This document shows positions 34,033-43,251 of a stretch of DNA of 64,000 nt, piece by piece; within the stretch, counting starts at the first letter, position 1, and each line of letters opens with the position of its first letter. Below the pieces are notes generated by a model that saw only the letters and a list, made by a program, of their open reading frames with translations, did no database searches and was not told the DNA's origin. A program made the translations under genes and the position numbers. The DNA is taken from positions 1 to 64,000 of IMG/VR virus record IMGVR_UViG_3300035180_001778; one strand, written 5' to 3'.

Positions 34033-34264
34033 CGGGGACCGAGATTTTGGGGGTCCTGACGTAGCCCCGGATGTTGACCCCATCTCGCCGCATTCGAGCC
34101 GCGTTGATGCCGATCATGTGCATCGCGATGGGGAAGATGACCGCGCAGGGGCAGCCAGGATGATGCACGAAATGCGAAGGATCGTAGATCCTGCAAATCG
34201 GGCAGATGTGGGCGTAGTCGGCCTTGGAGGCGACACGGGATTTGGAGGAGGATTTGCGGGCCAT
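34028..34264 (-). CDS. Small Cys/His-rich basic protein
   Basis: CPIC..H..HHPGCPC; class I promoter. Confidence 0.7.
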   Translation of the reverse strand: MARKSSSKSRVASKADYAHICPICRIYDPSHFVHHPGCPCAVIFPIAMHMIGINAARMRRDGVNIRGYVRTPKISVPG

Positions 34265-34271
34265 GCTTCTG

Positions 34272-34299
34272 CTACAAGCTGGAGGCCCTTCGGATCAAC
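34272..34299 (-). promoter_or_regulatory. Class I promoter-like motif
   Basis: N16; N7 to ATG 34264. Confidence 0.8.
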
Positions 34300-34753
34300 T
34301 GATCCCCTCATCTTGAGGGAGAACCAGATCCCACCAGGGCATGGTGGACAGAGGCGAGTCGAGCGCTGTGATTCGGGGCTCGTAGGTCTTGAGGATCTTC
34401 TCGATCCCTTCGCGCCAGCACGAATCGTGGTCGGCGACCTTCTCCCAGGGCTTCGTGGTCTTGACGTAGCCCTTCCCCTCTTTGGGAACCATCTCGCCCG
34501 TCTGATCCTCGGGGTCCGATTCCTCCATGTCGTCGAGCGAGATGACGTTGGATTGCTCCCGGCAGTAGACCTGGACGTAGTTCGACGCGCCGTAGATCAG
34601 GACGTCGAGGTAGCGGTAGCCCTCTTCCACCTCGTGATTGGTCTGAAGGCGGAACGTGAACTTGAAGGCCTGCGGCACGGGCTTCTTGCTCTGCCACTTG
34701 CCGCAGACAGCCTCGAACGTCGTACAGATCATCGACTTGAGAATGCTTCGCAT
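34295..34753 (-). CDS. Hypothetical protein with tag-like tail (PWWDLVLPQDE)
   Basis: Class I promoter variant. Confidence 0.75.
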   Translation of the reverse strand: MRSILKSMICTTFEAVCGKWQSKKPVPQAFKFTFRLQTNHEVEEGYRYLDVLIYGASNYVQVYCREQSNVISLDDMEESDPEDQTGEMVPKEGKGYVKTTKPWEKVADHDSCWREGIEKILKTYEPRITALDSPLSTMPWWDLVLPQDEGIS

Positions 34754-34763
34754 GATGAGGCTC

Positions 34764-34791
34764 ATACAGGCTGAAGCCCGTGGGGATCAAC
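34764..34791 (-). promoter_or_regulatory. Class I promoter-like motif (TGTAT)
   Basis: N16; N10 to ATG 34753. Confidence 0.7.
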
Positions 34792-35539
34792 CTTTGGGGA
34801 TGGGGGACAGCCGCGAGACGGTCGCGACGCCCCACTTGCTACGGGCCCACACCGCCTCGAAGACGAAGTACATGCACAGCCCAGTTCCCTGGCAAGCCAG
34901 GATTACGTGCCAGGGGATGGCGCTGAAGGCCACCTTGAAGAGGGACGTGAGGATCGTGGTCGAGACGAGAGCGTAGGTTGCCGTCTTTGCGCAGACGCGG
35001 CGGAAGAATACGTGATCGGGGTCTCCAGCTCCGTTGTCTCCGATCCCGAAATTCGAGTCGTGCCAGATCCTCTCGTGAATGAACCCGAAGGCGGCCATCA
35101 GCCCGACGAACACCATCAGGATCTTCGGGGAGTACCCGAGGCTCAAGAGAATCGCCACGTACCAGCCTGTACCCGCGACCCCCACAACCGCGACCTTCCC
35201 GGCGCTCCGCCAGTTGGAAGACTGCGCCCCGCGATCCGGCTCCCACGGTTCACGCCCCTGGACTCGGTCGTACATCCGGAAGGCCCAGAAAGCGGCGGGG
35301 TAGACCAGCGGCTCGAAGTGCATGACGAGGAAGAACGGGATGAGCGCGGGCATCCCACATTTCCAGGAGATGAAGGGGAACAGTACGTCCTCGATCAGCT
35401 CCCAGATGACCGCAAAGACGAAGAAGCGGCGGCCGTGCTTCTTCCCGATCTGGAGCAGCGTCTTCCACGTCTCGAAGACGTTGATCTTCTCCCAGGCTTC
35501 TCCGACGAGCCAGCGCAAAGCGCGAACGATGGTCTTCAT
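34787..35539 (-). CDS. Multi-pass membrane protein with two DUF2061-like repeats
   Basis: RSAGKV...FIHERIW and CAKTATY...FVFEAVW. Confidence 0.7.
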   Translation of the reverse strand: MKTIVRALRWLVGEAWEKINVFETWKTLLQIGKKHGRRFFVFAVIWELIEDVLFPFISWKCGMPALIPFFLVMHFEPLVYPAAFWAFRMYDRVQGREPWEPDRGAQSSNWRSAGKVAVVGVAGTGWYVAILLSLGYSPKILMVFVGLMAAFGFIHERIWHDSNFGIGDNGAGDPDHVFFRRVCAKTATYALVSTTILTSLFKVAFSAIPWHVILACQGTGLCMYFVFEAVWARSKWGVATVSRLSPIPKG

Positions 35540-35547
35540 GGGGCAAT

Positions 35548-35575
35548 CTACAGGAAGTCACTGCGTCGGATCAAC
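35548..35575 (-). promoter_or_regulatory. Class I promoter-like motif
   Basis: N16; N8 to ATG 35539. Confidence 0.8.
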
Positions 35576-35576
35576 C

Positions 35577-37259
35577 TCAAGGGGAGGGATCCCAGCCCGC
35601 GGCGTCGAGCGGGCCGTCATCGATCCCCATGTCGGGGATCCGGCCTTCCTTGGTGAACCGGGCCATCAGCTTCTTCACGCGGGCCAACGTCGCAGCATCC
35701 GGAGGGTTGGCGGTCCGAGGCCGGGGGAGGATCGACACGAGGTAGAAGGCCTCTTCGGGGGCCAATCCCATGGCTGAGGTCTTGAAGTACTTCCTGGACG
35801 CCGGGCCGATCCCGTAGAGCCCCTTGCCGAACTCGACCACGTTCACGTAGAGCGCGAGGATCTCTTCCTTCGAGAGGCAGCTCTCCAGCCCCATCGTCAA
35901 GAAGGCCTCCTGAACCTTGCGGCCAATGGTCTTCTCTTGGGTGAGCCAGAGGTTCTTCGCGAGCTGCATCGTGAGGGTCGATCCCCCGCGCACGAACTTG
36001 TTCGCCTTGAGGTTCATCTGGAAAGATTTCTCGATGGCCATCCCGCTGAGGCCCCGATGCTGGAAGAAGCCCGGGTCTTCCATGGTGGTCAAAGCCGTGA
36101 TCACATCGGGGCTCACTTGAGCCAGAGGCGTCCAGTCCTTTCCTCCAGGTCCGATCGCTCGCATCCCCGGCGTCCCGTCCGCCTCCAAGATGTCGTAGGC
36201 GAAGGTCTTCTTGAGGTTCTTGAACAGCGGGACGTCACATGTCGCCTTGCATGTGTAGAGAAAGAAGGCATGCGGAGGGTCCTTCGAGACATCGAAGGAC
36301 ATGTTTCCCGTCATGTCCAGTTGCTTGACGTACTCGTTCTTGAGCTGGTCCGGCATCTCTTCGAGCCATTCCGAACAGGTGCCCTTGCCCGTCAGCGTCT
36401 TCTTCCTGAAGTTGCCCGTGATCACAGGGGTGAAGCCCGAGTCGTGCCAGACCGTGAATTCCCCGCTCTCGAACGTGTAGGCATCCACCGGGATCCGCAT
36501 CTGATGCACAGTCAGAGGCTTGCTGAAGAGCTTCGGGTGCTCGATGGTGGCTGAACCCAGGAGGAGGGCCACCCGGTGGATCTTGTCTTCGCCTATGTAC
36601 TCTTCGAGCCGGACCGCTGAAGCGCTCGCGTTCAGCTCGGCTACTTCAGCGTGTTCGATCGACGCCCGCCATTCCTTTTCGGGGTTGCGGGAGACCTCGA
36701 TAGCCGTGGCGGTCAACGTTCCGAGCTGGTCGGGGCCGTCTTCCGGGATGACCATCGACGCTGAATCGATGTGGGCGAAGTCCAGGTGGTTCTTGTTGAA
36801 CTTGACCCCGTTGAGATAGGCATTCCGGCCATACCTATGAGCCCCGACATTGTCGATGGTCACCATGGGGCCGTGCAGGGAGAGACCTCCGAAAGCAAAG
36901 ACACCTTCGGGAGATATCACCGTACCTTCGAGGTCAGTGATGGTGATGTCTTTGCTCGGGCCCTCCCCAGTCGAGGAGGGTCGCTTCTCGGGGTACACGC
37001 GAACGATTCCGCCCTGTATTGTGATGGCATCCTTCCAGGTGATCATGACCGTATCGAGCTTCCCGCATACCCACCCGCGGTCGAACGTGACTGTGTGGAG
37101 GACCGTCTTCCCCCATTGGGGTTCGATGAAGTCCACCTTCACATCCGGGTAGCGCTCTGCGAGCTTCTCGCTTACCCGCCAGCGAACGAACGCCGGGGCG
37201 TAGTAGTAGAGGGTCAGAGCGATCAGGACGAGAAGGCCGAGGGCAATACGTCGTTTCAT
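35577..37259 (-). CDS. Monofunctional peptidoglycan glycosyltransferase (GT51) with N-terminal membrane anchor
   Basis: EDPGFFQHRG, GGSTLTMQLAKNL, RKVQE, SKEEILALYVN, YGIGPASRKYF. Confidence 0.88.
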   Translation of the reverse strand: MKRRIALGLLVLIALTLYYYAPAFVRWRVSEKLAERYPDVKVDFIEPQWGKTVLHTVTFDRGWVCGKLDTVMITWKDAITIQGGIVRVYPEKRPSSTGEGPSKDITITDLEGTVISPEGVFAFGGLSLHGPMVTIDNVGAHRYGRNAYLNGVKFNKNHLDFAHIDSASMVIPEDGPDQLGTLTATAIEVSRNPEKEWRASIEHAEVAELNASASAVRLEEYIGEDKIHRVALLLGSATIEHPKLFSKPLTVHQMRIPVDAYTFESGEFTVWHDSGFTPVITGNFRKKTLTGKGTCSEWLEEMPDQLKNEYVKQLDMTGNMSFDVSKDPPHAFFLYTCKATCDVPLFKNLKKTFAYDILEADGTPGMRAIGPGGKDWTPLAQVSPDVITALTTMEDPGFFQHRGLSGMAIEKSFQMNLKANKFVRGGSTLTMQLAKNLWLTQEKTIGRKVQEAFLTMGLESCLSKEEILALYVNVVEFGKGLYGIGPASRKYFKTSAMGLAPEEAFYLVSILPRPRTANPPDAATLARVKKLMARFTKEGRIPDMGIDDGPLDAAGWDPSP

Positions 37260-37280
37260 GCCCTCGGTTAGTACACCAAG

Positions 37281-37778
37281 TCAGCCCGCGCTCAACGTGA
37301 GGTACAGCTCGATGGGGCGATCTTCGGGGATCCTGATCTTGGTGGCAATGCTTCGAATGAGCATCGCCATTTCCGTCGTTCCCAGGAGTGACCTCGAAAT
37401 GGCATCTTGGGTAGATCCCCCACGATGACTCCCCGTTGTCAGGAGTTCAATACCGAGCACCGGGGTGATTTCCTTGTCGCTCATGCTGCTGGGAAAGGGT
37501 TGGCCGTCGTAGATTCCGACGTTCTTTTCCCAGTCCCCGATGCTGAAGAGGTCTTCAGGAGGAATCCTCAGCGTCTCTGCATACGCGCGGAGTGCGGCCG
37601 TGGGCCGGCGGATGTACTTTTCCTTGAACGGGGTGCCGTCTTGGGGGCAGAACTCGAAGGAGTTCTCCCTGACGTGCCCCTTTTTACAGAGCACGGAAGG
37701 TTCGGGGTCTCTCGGGAATAGCTCCTCGCGAGAAACGGCCACACCCAAGATCAGATTTGCTGAATAGTCAACGCCCAT
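37281..37778 (-). CDS. Hypothetical protein
   Basis: GGTGTA 10 nt upstream. Confidence 0.75.
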   Translation of the reverse strand: MGVDYSANLILGVAVSREELFPRDPEPSVLCKKGHVRENSFEFCPQDGTPFKEKYIRRPTAALRAYAETLRIPPEDLFSIGDWEKNVGIYDGQPFPSSMSDKEITPVLGIELLTTGSHRGGSTQDAISRSLLGTTEMAMLIRSIATKIRIPEDRPIELYLTLSAG

Positions 37779-37807
37779 GGGGGCGGACTACACCGACTGA
37801 GGCAGCT

Positions 37808-37978
37808 TCACTTGGCGGGAAGCTCGGTGTCCGGCTTGCACTTCTCCTGGCAGGCGTACAGCGCATCGCTGTCACCCTTGTGTGCATCTTCACACTTCGC
37901 CACGCAAGCAGCCTGCTCGTCAGTACACCCGATGAACAGGCAACCCGCGACGAGGATGGACGCAAAGAACGTTTTCAT
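37808..37978 (-). CDS. Small Cys-rich lipoprotein
   Basis: MKTFFASILVAGCLFIGC lipobox; CVAKC and CQEKC. Confidence 0.65.
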   Translation of the reverse strand: MKTFFASILVAGCLFIGCTDEQAACVAKCEDAHKGDSDALYACQEKCKPDTELPAK

Positions 37979-38043
37979 ACTATCTTCTCCGATATATTGC
38001 CGACATTGACGACAAGTGAGTCCTGCCGTACTACGCGGACATA

Positions 38044-38391
38044 CTACACCGGATAGCCGAGAGCCTTACGAAAAGCGTTCCAGGCAGCCCAAGCATCCTC
38101 TTCTTTGGCCCCGGGACCAATGACCTCGAAGTCGACTCCCACCTGGTTATTGGTGTAGAGACGCCAATAACCAGGTGTATTCTCCCAGATCCAGAGCCGG
38201 CATTCCGGCCCCTTGACGAAGGTGGTGGTCTGTCTTCCGAGCTTCAGCTTGAAGAGGTCGAGAAGAGACACCCCAGGGCCCTTCTGCGTGTCGAGCCAGG
38301 CCCGGAGTTCCATCTCTTCATTGATGTACCGATCCCGATCAACATGCACGATGTTGATCATGGGGTTGGACCAGGCGCGTTTTTTGGGCAT
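38044..38391 (-). CDS. Tandem paralog B
   Basis: WIWEN..WRLY.NN..G...DAWAAWNAFRKALGYPV. Confidence 0.75.
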   Translation of the reverse strand: MPKKRAWSNPMINIVHVDRDRYINEEMELRAWLDTQKGPGVSLLDLFKLKLGRQTTTFVKGPECRLWIWENTPGYWRLYTNNQVGVDFEVIGPGAKEEDAWAAWNAFRKALGYPV

Positions 38392-38393
38392 GT

Positions 38394-38729
38394 TCACACC
38401 GGACATCCGACGGCTTTGCGATAAGCCGTCCAGGCAGCGAGAGCATCTTGCTCGGAAGGGGTTCGGTGGTCCTTGGCACAGATGACCTCGACTCCGATCC
38501 CTTTCGTGTTGGAGACGTAGACTCGCCAGCGTTCTTCCAGGTTCTCCCACACCCAGTAACGCTTGAAGCCTTGAAAGGTGTAGGCCTGTTTCCCGAGCAG
38601 CTCTTTATGACGGGCAACGAGGTCCCCATGCCCGATGTACTCACACAGAGCCATGTACTCGGAAACCCAGTTGGGGTAGTTCCAAGCACTGTTGCTCAGA
38701 GGCGTGTATTCAGGGCGCCCTTGAGGCAT
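38394..38729 (-). CDS. Tandem paralog A
   Basis: WVWEN..WRVY.SN..G...DALAAWTAYRKAVGCPV. Confidence 0.75.
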   Translation of the reverse strand: MPQGRPEYTPLSNSAWNYPNWVSEYMALCEYIGHGDLVARHKELLGKQAYTFQGFKRYWVWENLEERWRVYVSNTKGIGVEVICAKDHRTPSEQDALAAWTAYRKAVGCPV

Positions 38730-38731
38730 GA

Positions 38732-39211
38732 TCAGCCGATTCCGTCGTCGAGGAGAGCCTTGCCGAAAGGCGTCGACTCGGGCTTCGGGGGAGGCAGGGG
38801 CTTCTGGGGCTTCGGCTTCCCCACGACGTAGAGGGTCGTCTTCGCCACATGGAAGCCGGCATCACGGGCTTCTCTCTCGCGGTTGATGTCGTCCACCGTA
38901 TCGGGCCCCTCGACGAGGAAAGCCACGACCTCATCGCGAACTTCCTCGGGGATCTGTGCGATGACCTCCGCGACGCTGGGCTTGAAGAAGCCGGCGTAGG
39001 AGAAGCTGTGCAGGGTGCGAAGGGTCAGACCATGAGGTTTGACGATCGCTTCCTCGGTAGTCAGCGTCGTCCACGAGAACGATGTGTTGCGGTGATCGCT
39101 CTTGCTGTCGTAGTAGTAGAGCTTGCCGTCTCTCTTGCCGACGGGACGGATCGTCTTCGCGCGTTTTGCCAGCTCAGGATTCGAGATGGCAGGGATGCTC
39201 AGGGTGGGCAT
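38732..39211 (-). CDS. Hypothetical protein with Pro-rich linker and tag (STPFGKALLDDGIG)
   Basis: GC3-rich ORF. Confidence 0.75.
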   Translation of the reverse strand: MPTLSIPAISNPELAKRAKTIRPVGKRDGKLYYYDSKSDHRNTSFSWTTLTTEEAIVKPHGLTLRTLHSFSYAGFFKPSVAEVIAQIPEEVRDEVVAFLVEGPDTVDDINREREARDAGFHVAKTTLYVVGKPKPQKPLPPPKPESTPFGKALLDDGIG

Positions 39212-39215
39212 GGGA

Positions 39216-39395
39216 TCACCGGGTGAAGAGGGTGAGAAGTCCAACGATACCCAGGCCGAAGAGCCCCGCCAGGGCCATCAACGCCAGGAAGAGGCGGAAG
39301 AGCTGCCGGTTCTCGTTGTCCTGGATCTTCCGGGCGATCTCGACGTTCGCCCGGCGAAACTCATCGTCATTCTTCCGAAGCTCGTGATAGTTCAT
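39216..39395 (-). CDS. Small C-terminally anchored membrane protein
   Basis: LFLALMALAGLFGLGIVGLL. Confidence 0.6.
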   Translation of the reverse strand: MNYHELRKNDDEFRRANVEIARKIQDNENRQLFRLFLALMALAGLFGLGIVGLLTLFTR

Positions 39396-39402
39396 ACGTT
39401 CC

Positions 39403-39615
39403 CTACTTGCAGCCGCAGTGACCGTGGAAGTGGTCGAACTCGTCTGTGCAGCTTGGTTGAGGCCGATCGGCCGCTTCTCGGAGGCGGCGGGCGAATTCCC
39501 GGGCCTCTTTGGGCATCGTGAGCACGTCCACGATTGAGCCGTCCGACAGGGTGAGGTTGAACCCCCCTGTCGGAGTCTGAGAAGCGGATACGATCTTGCT
39601 AATGGTGTTCGTCAG
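39403..39615 (-). CDS. Hypothetical protein (start uncertain)
   Basis: Protein-like frame LTNTISKIV...HGHCGCK* without a clean ATG. Confidence 0.4.
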   Translation of the reverse strand: MTNTISKIVSASQTPTGGFNLTLSDGSIVDVLTMPKEAREFARRLREAADRPQPSCTDEFDHFHGHCGCK

Positions 39616-39803
39616 GATGCCACTGCGGCATCCCAGTCCGGGATCTCGTACAGAAGCCGGGTGCCCGCGATCAACTTCCGGTTGACCGACGTGCTCTGAA
39701 TGAAGACGGCGTACTCTTCGAGGTGCGCCGTCCGAAGACGGATGTCTTCATCATGCAGCGGGAGCGAGAGCAGCTCCCGAGCCTTCTTGGCTTCCCGACT
39801 CAC
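39612..39803 (-). CDS. Hypothetical protein
   Basis: GTGA overlap with the upstream stop. Confidence 0.6.
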   Translation of the reverse strand: MSREAKKARELLSLPLHDEDIRLRTAHLEEYAVFIQSTSVNRKLIAGTRLLYEIPDWDAAVAS

Positions 39804-40239
39804 TTGGCAATCCCCGCCGAGAAGATTTTGACGACACCGTGGTCCACGACCACGACGGCGAGCCCCTTGTGCGCTCGAAGGATCTCGCCCTCTTCCTTGT
39901 CGAGGATGTCGATGACATCCTGAATCCCCTCCCGACCGGCGAGCCCGCGAGCGAAGGGGACCTCACCCCCGTCACGCATCGCCTGCCAGTCGCAACCTGG
40001 CATCAGCACGTCCGCGAGAGGGCCCCGTGGACATCGTCCACGTTGATGACCGTGATGACGACCTCCGACGGGAGCTTGCCGAGGTCTCGGACTCGGTTGA
40101 CGAAGTGCTCGACGCGTTCGGCATGGAGCGCGAGGGTGTTCGCGCAGTTGTGTTTTCCGACGGCTTGGATCATTCCGTTTGCGACGTCGGAATCGTGAGG
40201 GGACAGAACGGCGAGGACTTCGGAAGGGTACTGGGGCAT
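39800..40239 (-). CDS. Hypothetical protein with apparent frameshift
   Basis: +1 base in C4 at 40023-40026 joins VDDVHG to GPLADVLMPGCDWQAMRDGG; class I promoter. Confidence 0.7.
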
Positions 40240-40246
40240 GGGGAAC

Positions 40247-40274
40247 CTACATCTGGCGGGGCCGTGGGATCAAC
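40247..40274 (-). promoter_or_regulatory. Class I promoter-like motif
   Basis: N16; N7 to ATG 40239. Confidence 0.8.
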
Positions 40275-40518
40275 CGGGAGAGACTTCGCTGAGGACCTGC
40301 CAGCCGAAGGACCTCCAGCGGTCCTCGGTCGCCGGCTTCCCGCTGGGACTGAACCGGCGGAGAGTCACCGTCCGTACTTCTTCGGACGTCCTCAGCTTGT
40401 AGGAGTCCTCCTCCGTCTTCGGTCCGCACATGTCGTACCGGAGCATATCCCAGGGGAACTCACCCGACCCGCGGACTTCGAGGATCGTGACGAAGAGCTT
40501 CTCTGCTTTCTTGGGCAT
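40270..40518 (-). CDS. Hypothetical protein
   Basis: GEFPWDMLRYD; GGTGTA 9 nt upstream. Confidence 0.7.
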   Translation of the reverse strand: MPKKAEKLFVTILEVRGSGEFPWDMLRYDMCGPKTEEDSYKLRTSEEVRTVTLRRFSPSGKPATEDRWRSFGWQVLSEVSPG

Positions 40519-40564
40519 GACCCCTCTTACACCGTTTTGGGGGTAGAACAGGGCCAATTTTACG

Positions 40565-40592
40565 GTTGATCCGTCCGACCCCCAACTTGTAG
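40565..40592 (+). promoter_or_regulatory. Class I promoter-like motif
   Basis: N16; N7 to ATG 40600. Confidence 0.8.
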
Positions 40593-40599
40593 GACCCCC

Positions 40600-40851
40600 A
40601 TGACGCCCAAGACTTTCATGACGTGGCTCAAGACCTTCCTCAGCGAGAAGGAAATCTCCCTCGACGAGCCCCTCGAAGTGGAAGGGCCCAGCGGGACCAA
40701 CTACATGACGATCGGGATCCTCCTGGACGTCATGAAGACGGCGCCCTTGAAGGAGCTGGTGGGGATCAAGACGATGCTCGTCCAGATCGACTTCGTGAAC
40801 GCCCCTGTCCGCCCCTACCTGAAGCACCTCGCGACGGCCATCGCGAAGTGA
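40600..40851 (+). CDS. Hypothetical protein
   Basis: Class I promoter. Confidence 0.8.
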   Translation: MTPKTFMTWLKTFLSEKEISLDEPLEVEGPSGTNYMTIGILLDVMKTAPLKELVGIKTMLVQIDFVNAPVRPYLKHLATAIAK

Positions 40852-43167
40852 TCAGTCGATGTTGAGAACCCAGACCCCGGTGGGGTTGTTCTCGTAGGAC
40901 TTGCAACGCCGAACCTCGTACGTGCCAGCCGGCATCGCCTTGATGTTCTCGTGCTCGGGGTGCTTCACCATGAAGATGCCCTCGCAGATGAGGTGCCCCA
41001 GCCGGTTCTTGATCTTCGTGGTGTTTGGAGCCAGGAGCACGGGCTTGTCCTGCTTGGGGACGAAGCAGTGAGACTCGAACTCCTTCACCGGCTTCACCGC
41101 GTCGGTGATCTCGATCTTCTGGTCCGTCTTGATGAAGATGAGGTCGCCCTGCTGTGCGAAGATTTCCTCCGCCCGGATGTTGCCCGCCATGTAGCGGTAT
41201 CCCTCCTCGATGAGCTTGGATGCCGGCGTCTCACGGCCGTCCTTCGAGCGGCACGGGTGGACCCGGTGGAAGTGGACGTGCGTCTTCGAGATGGTCTTGC
41301 GCCGTTCGAAGATGATCAGGAAGGCGGGGTAGCCCGTGTTCCTCGCGGTCCCCGTCAGCGTGAAGTACATCATCCCGTAGTCGTCGCGCCCGTTGAGCTT
41401 CTTCTCCAGCTCACGGACGATCGGGGTGCTCGACTGACGGTCGATGTCCATCGTCTCGAAGACCTGGTAGTCGAGCGAGTAGCAGTAGGTCGTCTGAATG
41501 CCCGAGATCGCCATGGCGACGTAGGGAACCACGACGGTCCGCTTGGCGTTGTTGACGTCGGGAGTCATCGCGGAACGACGCTTGGTGGTCCCCGCTTCTG
41601 ACGCCTCTTCGTCCTTCATCTCCAGCTCGTACTCCGACTTCACGAACTTGGGCATCATCTTCCAGCCCGCGCCCGGCTCCGTGTTCCGATCGAGGTAGTT
41701 GGGCAGCCGGAACAGGAAGGCGAGGTAGGGCGTGATGTCCTTCTCGTACTTGCTCCGCCGGCTCGCATCGTGGGCGATCTCGGAGAGGATCGGCCTCCAG
41801 CCCGGCTGAACGAGAGCCATCTCCCAGAGATCGAACTCCGTGTTCACGAGGGCCAGAGCGTCTCCGTGCTTGTGGAAGAGGCTGAGCGGGATCTCCTGAG
41901 CCTCGATGGCCGCAAGGAGGGTCGGGTGGCCTTCGGGGGACACGCCCAAGCCGATGGCCTGGTTCCGTGCGCCCTTGCGCATGTTCCACTCCTTCTTCGA
42001 GCGCTGCTCCTCGTTCTTCTCGGAAGCACCCGGGAGCGAGAGGCAGATTTCCCGCCGCCCCATCGGCTGCTCGTACGAGTAGGAGTTGGCACCACCCCGA
42101 CGACTCCGCCAGCTCTTGGTGATGGTCACCTTCCCCGGGGCCGCTGCCATGGCCGTACGAAGGCCCGCGACGACAGCATCGTAATCCGTCCCATGCTTCG
42201 TCAGGAAGGCCGCCAGCAACGTGTTGTTGCTGGTCCCGCCAGAGGTCTTGCTCTCGTGGAGCCAGTCGTAGAAGCGAGCGAGAAGCGGCTCCTCGACACG
42301 CAGCCGAGCGAGGACTTCCTTGACAGCCTTCCGACCCTCGATGCCCTTGACCTTCGCGACGTCTTCCCCGTTCTTCGCGTTGTCGTCGAGGAATCGAGTC
42401 CAGAGCGCATCAGCACCCTCTGCGATCTTGTATCCACGGAGAAGCTCGGTCATCTTCGACCACTGCTGATCGCGACCCTCACCATAGCGATTGGTGTCGA
42501 GCGCCAGCGACTCGGTCCACGTCAACGGCAGCCCGAAGAAGTTCAGGGAAGCCTTGAAGTCCAAAGACCCCTGGTTCAGCGTGAGGGTGCCGCCCAAGGG
42601 ACGGTGGATCTTGAGGTTGACCTCCTGTGAGACCGACCCCGCCGTGACCTTCATCTTGCAGAAGTTCCACGGGGCGCCAGGCACATGGCGCTTCAGATCG
42701 TAGTCGTAGCGATCGTTGTAGGTGTCCAGTCGCGAGACGGTCCTTGACGACCAACGACTGAAGTAAGGGGCATTCTGGTTTTCGTACTGCTTGGTGACCT
42801 GGACTTGCCGATGCTCCGGGACTCCGATGACCTGCATCTCGACGAACGGCTCGACCTCTTCAACCCCCCCGACGATCTGGTAGGTGCTGATGTCGGTATA
42901 GTGATGGTCCCCGACGAACACGTAGTCCCCCCACGCGTAGACGTTCAAGGAGAGAGCGCTTGTTGTGGTCTCCTCTTGCTCGATCCAGTACGCCATGAGT
43001 TCATCCCCCTCTTCCGGCGGGGCGACCCCGTTCGTGATCGGAATCGCGACATTGCATTTCAGGACCTTGATTCCGGCCGGAGGAAGCGGGAGGCCATGCT
43101 TCTGGAGGATCCGATGCGGGTCCTGGTTGATTTCGTCTTGCAGAGAGAAGATTTTGAAGTCGCCCAT
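40852..43167 (-). CDS. Large hypothetical protein (771 aa) with His-rich C-terminal module
   Basis: QQGDLIF...ESH...HL...KHPEH...AGTYEVRR; GGTGTA 11 nt upstream. Confidence 0.85.
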   Translation of the reverse strand: MGDFKIFSLQDEINQDPHRILQKHGLPLPPAGIKVLKCNVAIPITNGVAPPEEGDELMAYWIEQEETTTSALSLNVYAWGDYVFVGDHHYTDISTYQIVGGVEEVEPFVEMQVIGVPEHRQVQVTKQYENQNAPYFSRWSSRTVSRLDTYNDRYDYDLKRHVPGAPWNFCKMKVTAGSVSQEVNLKIHRPLGGTLTLNQGSLDFKASLNFFGLPLTWTESLALDTNRYGEGRDQQWSKMTELLRGYKIAEGADALWTRFLDDNAKNGEDVAKVKGIEGRKAVKEVLARLRVEEPLLARFYDWLHESKTSGGTSNNTLLAAFLTKHGTDYDAVVAGLRTAMAAAPGKVTITKSWRSRRGGANSYSYEQPMGRREICLSLPGASEKNEEQRSKKEWNMRKGARNQAIGLGVSPEGHPTLLAAIEAQEIPLSLFHKHGDALALVNTEFDLWEMALVQPGWRPILSEIAHDASRRSKYEKDITPYLAFLFRLPNYLDRNTEPGAGWKMMPKFVKSEYELEMKDEEASEAGTTKRRSAMTPDVNNAKRTVVVPYVAMAISGIQTTYCYSLDYQVFETMDIDRQSSTPIVRELEKKLNGRDDYGMMYFTLTGTARNTGYPAFLIIFERRKTISKTHVHFHRVHPCRSKDGRETPASKLIEEGYRYMAGNIRAEEIFAQQGDLIFIKTDQKIEITDAVKPVKEFESHCFVPKQDKPVLLAPNTTKIKNRLGHLICEGIFMVKHPEHENIKAMPAGTYEVRRCKSYENNPTGVWVLNID

Positions 43168-43224
43168 GGGCAGATCCCTACACCGACAGCGGCCCGAATC
43201 GCCAGGATTTCCAGGGCCGTGTGA

Positions 43225-43251
43225 CGTTTTTGGGGTCCGACCCCAAAAACG
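43225..43251. repeat. 27-bp palindrome abutting a GGTGTA motif
   Basis: CGTTTTTGGGGTC-c-GACCCCAAAAACG. Confidence 0.9.
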
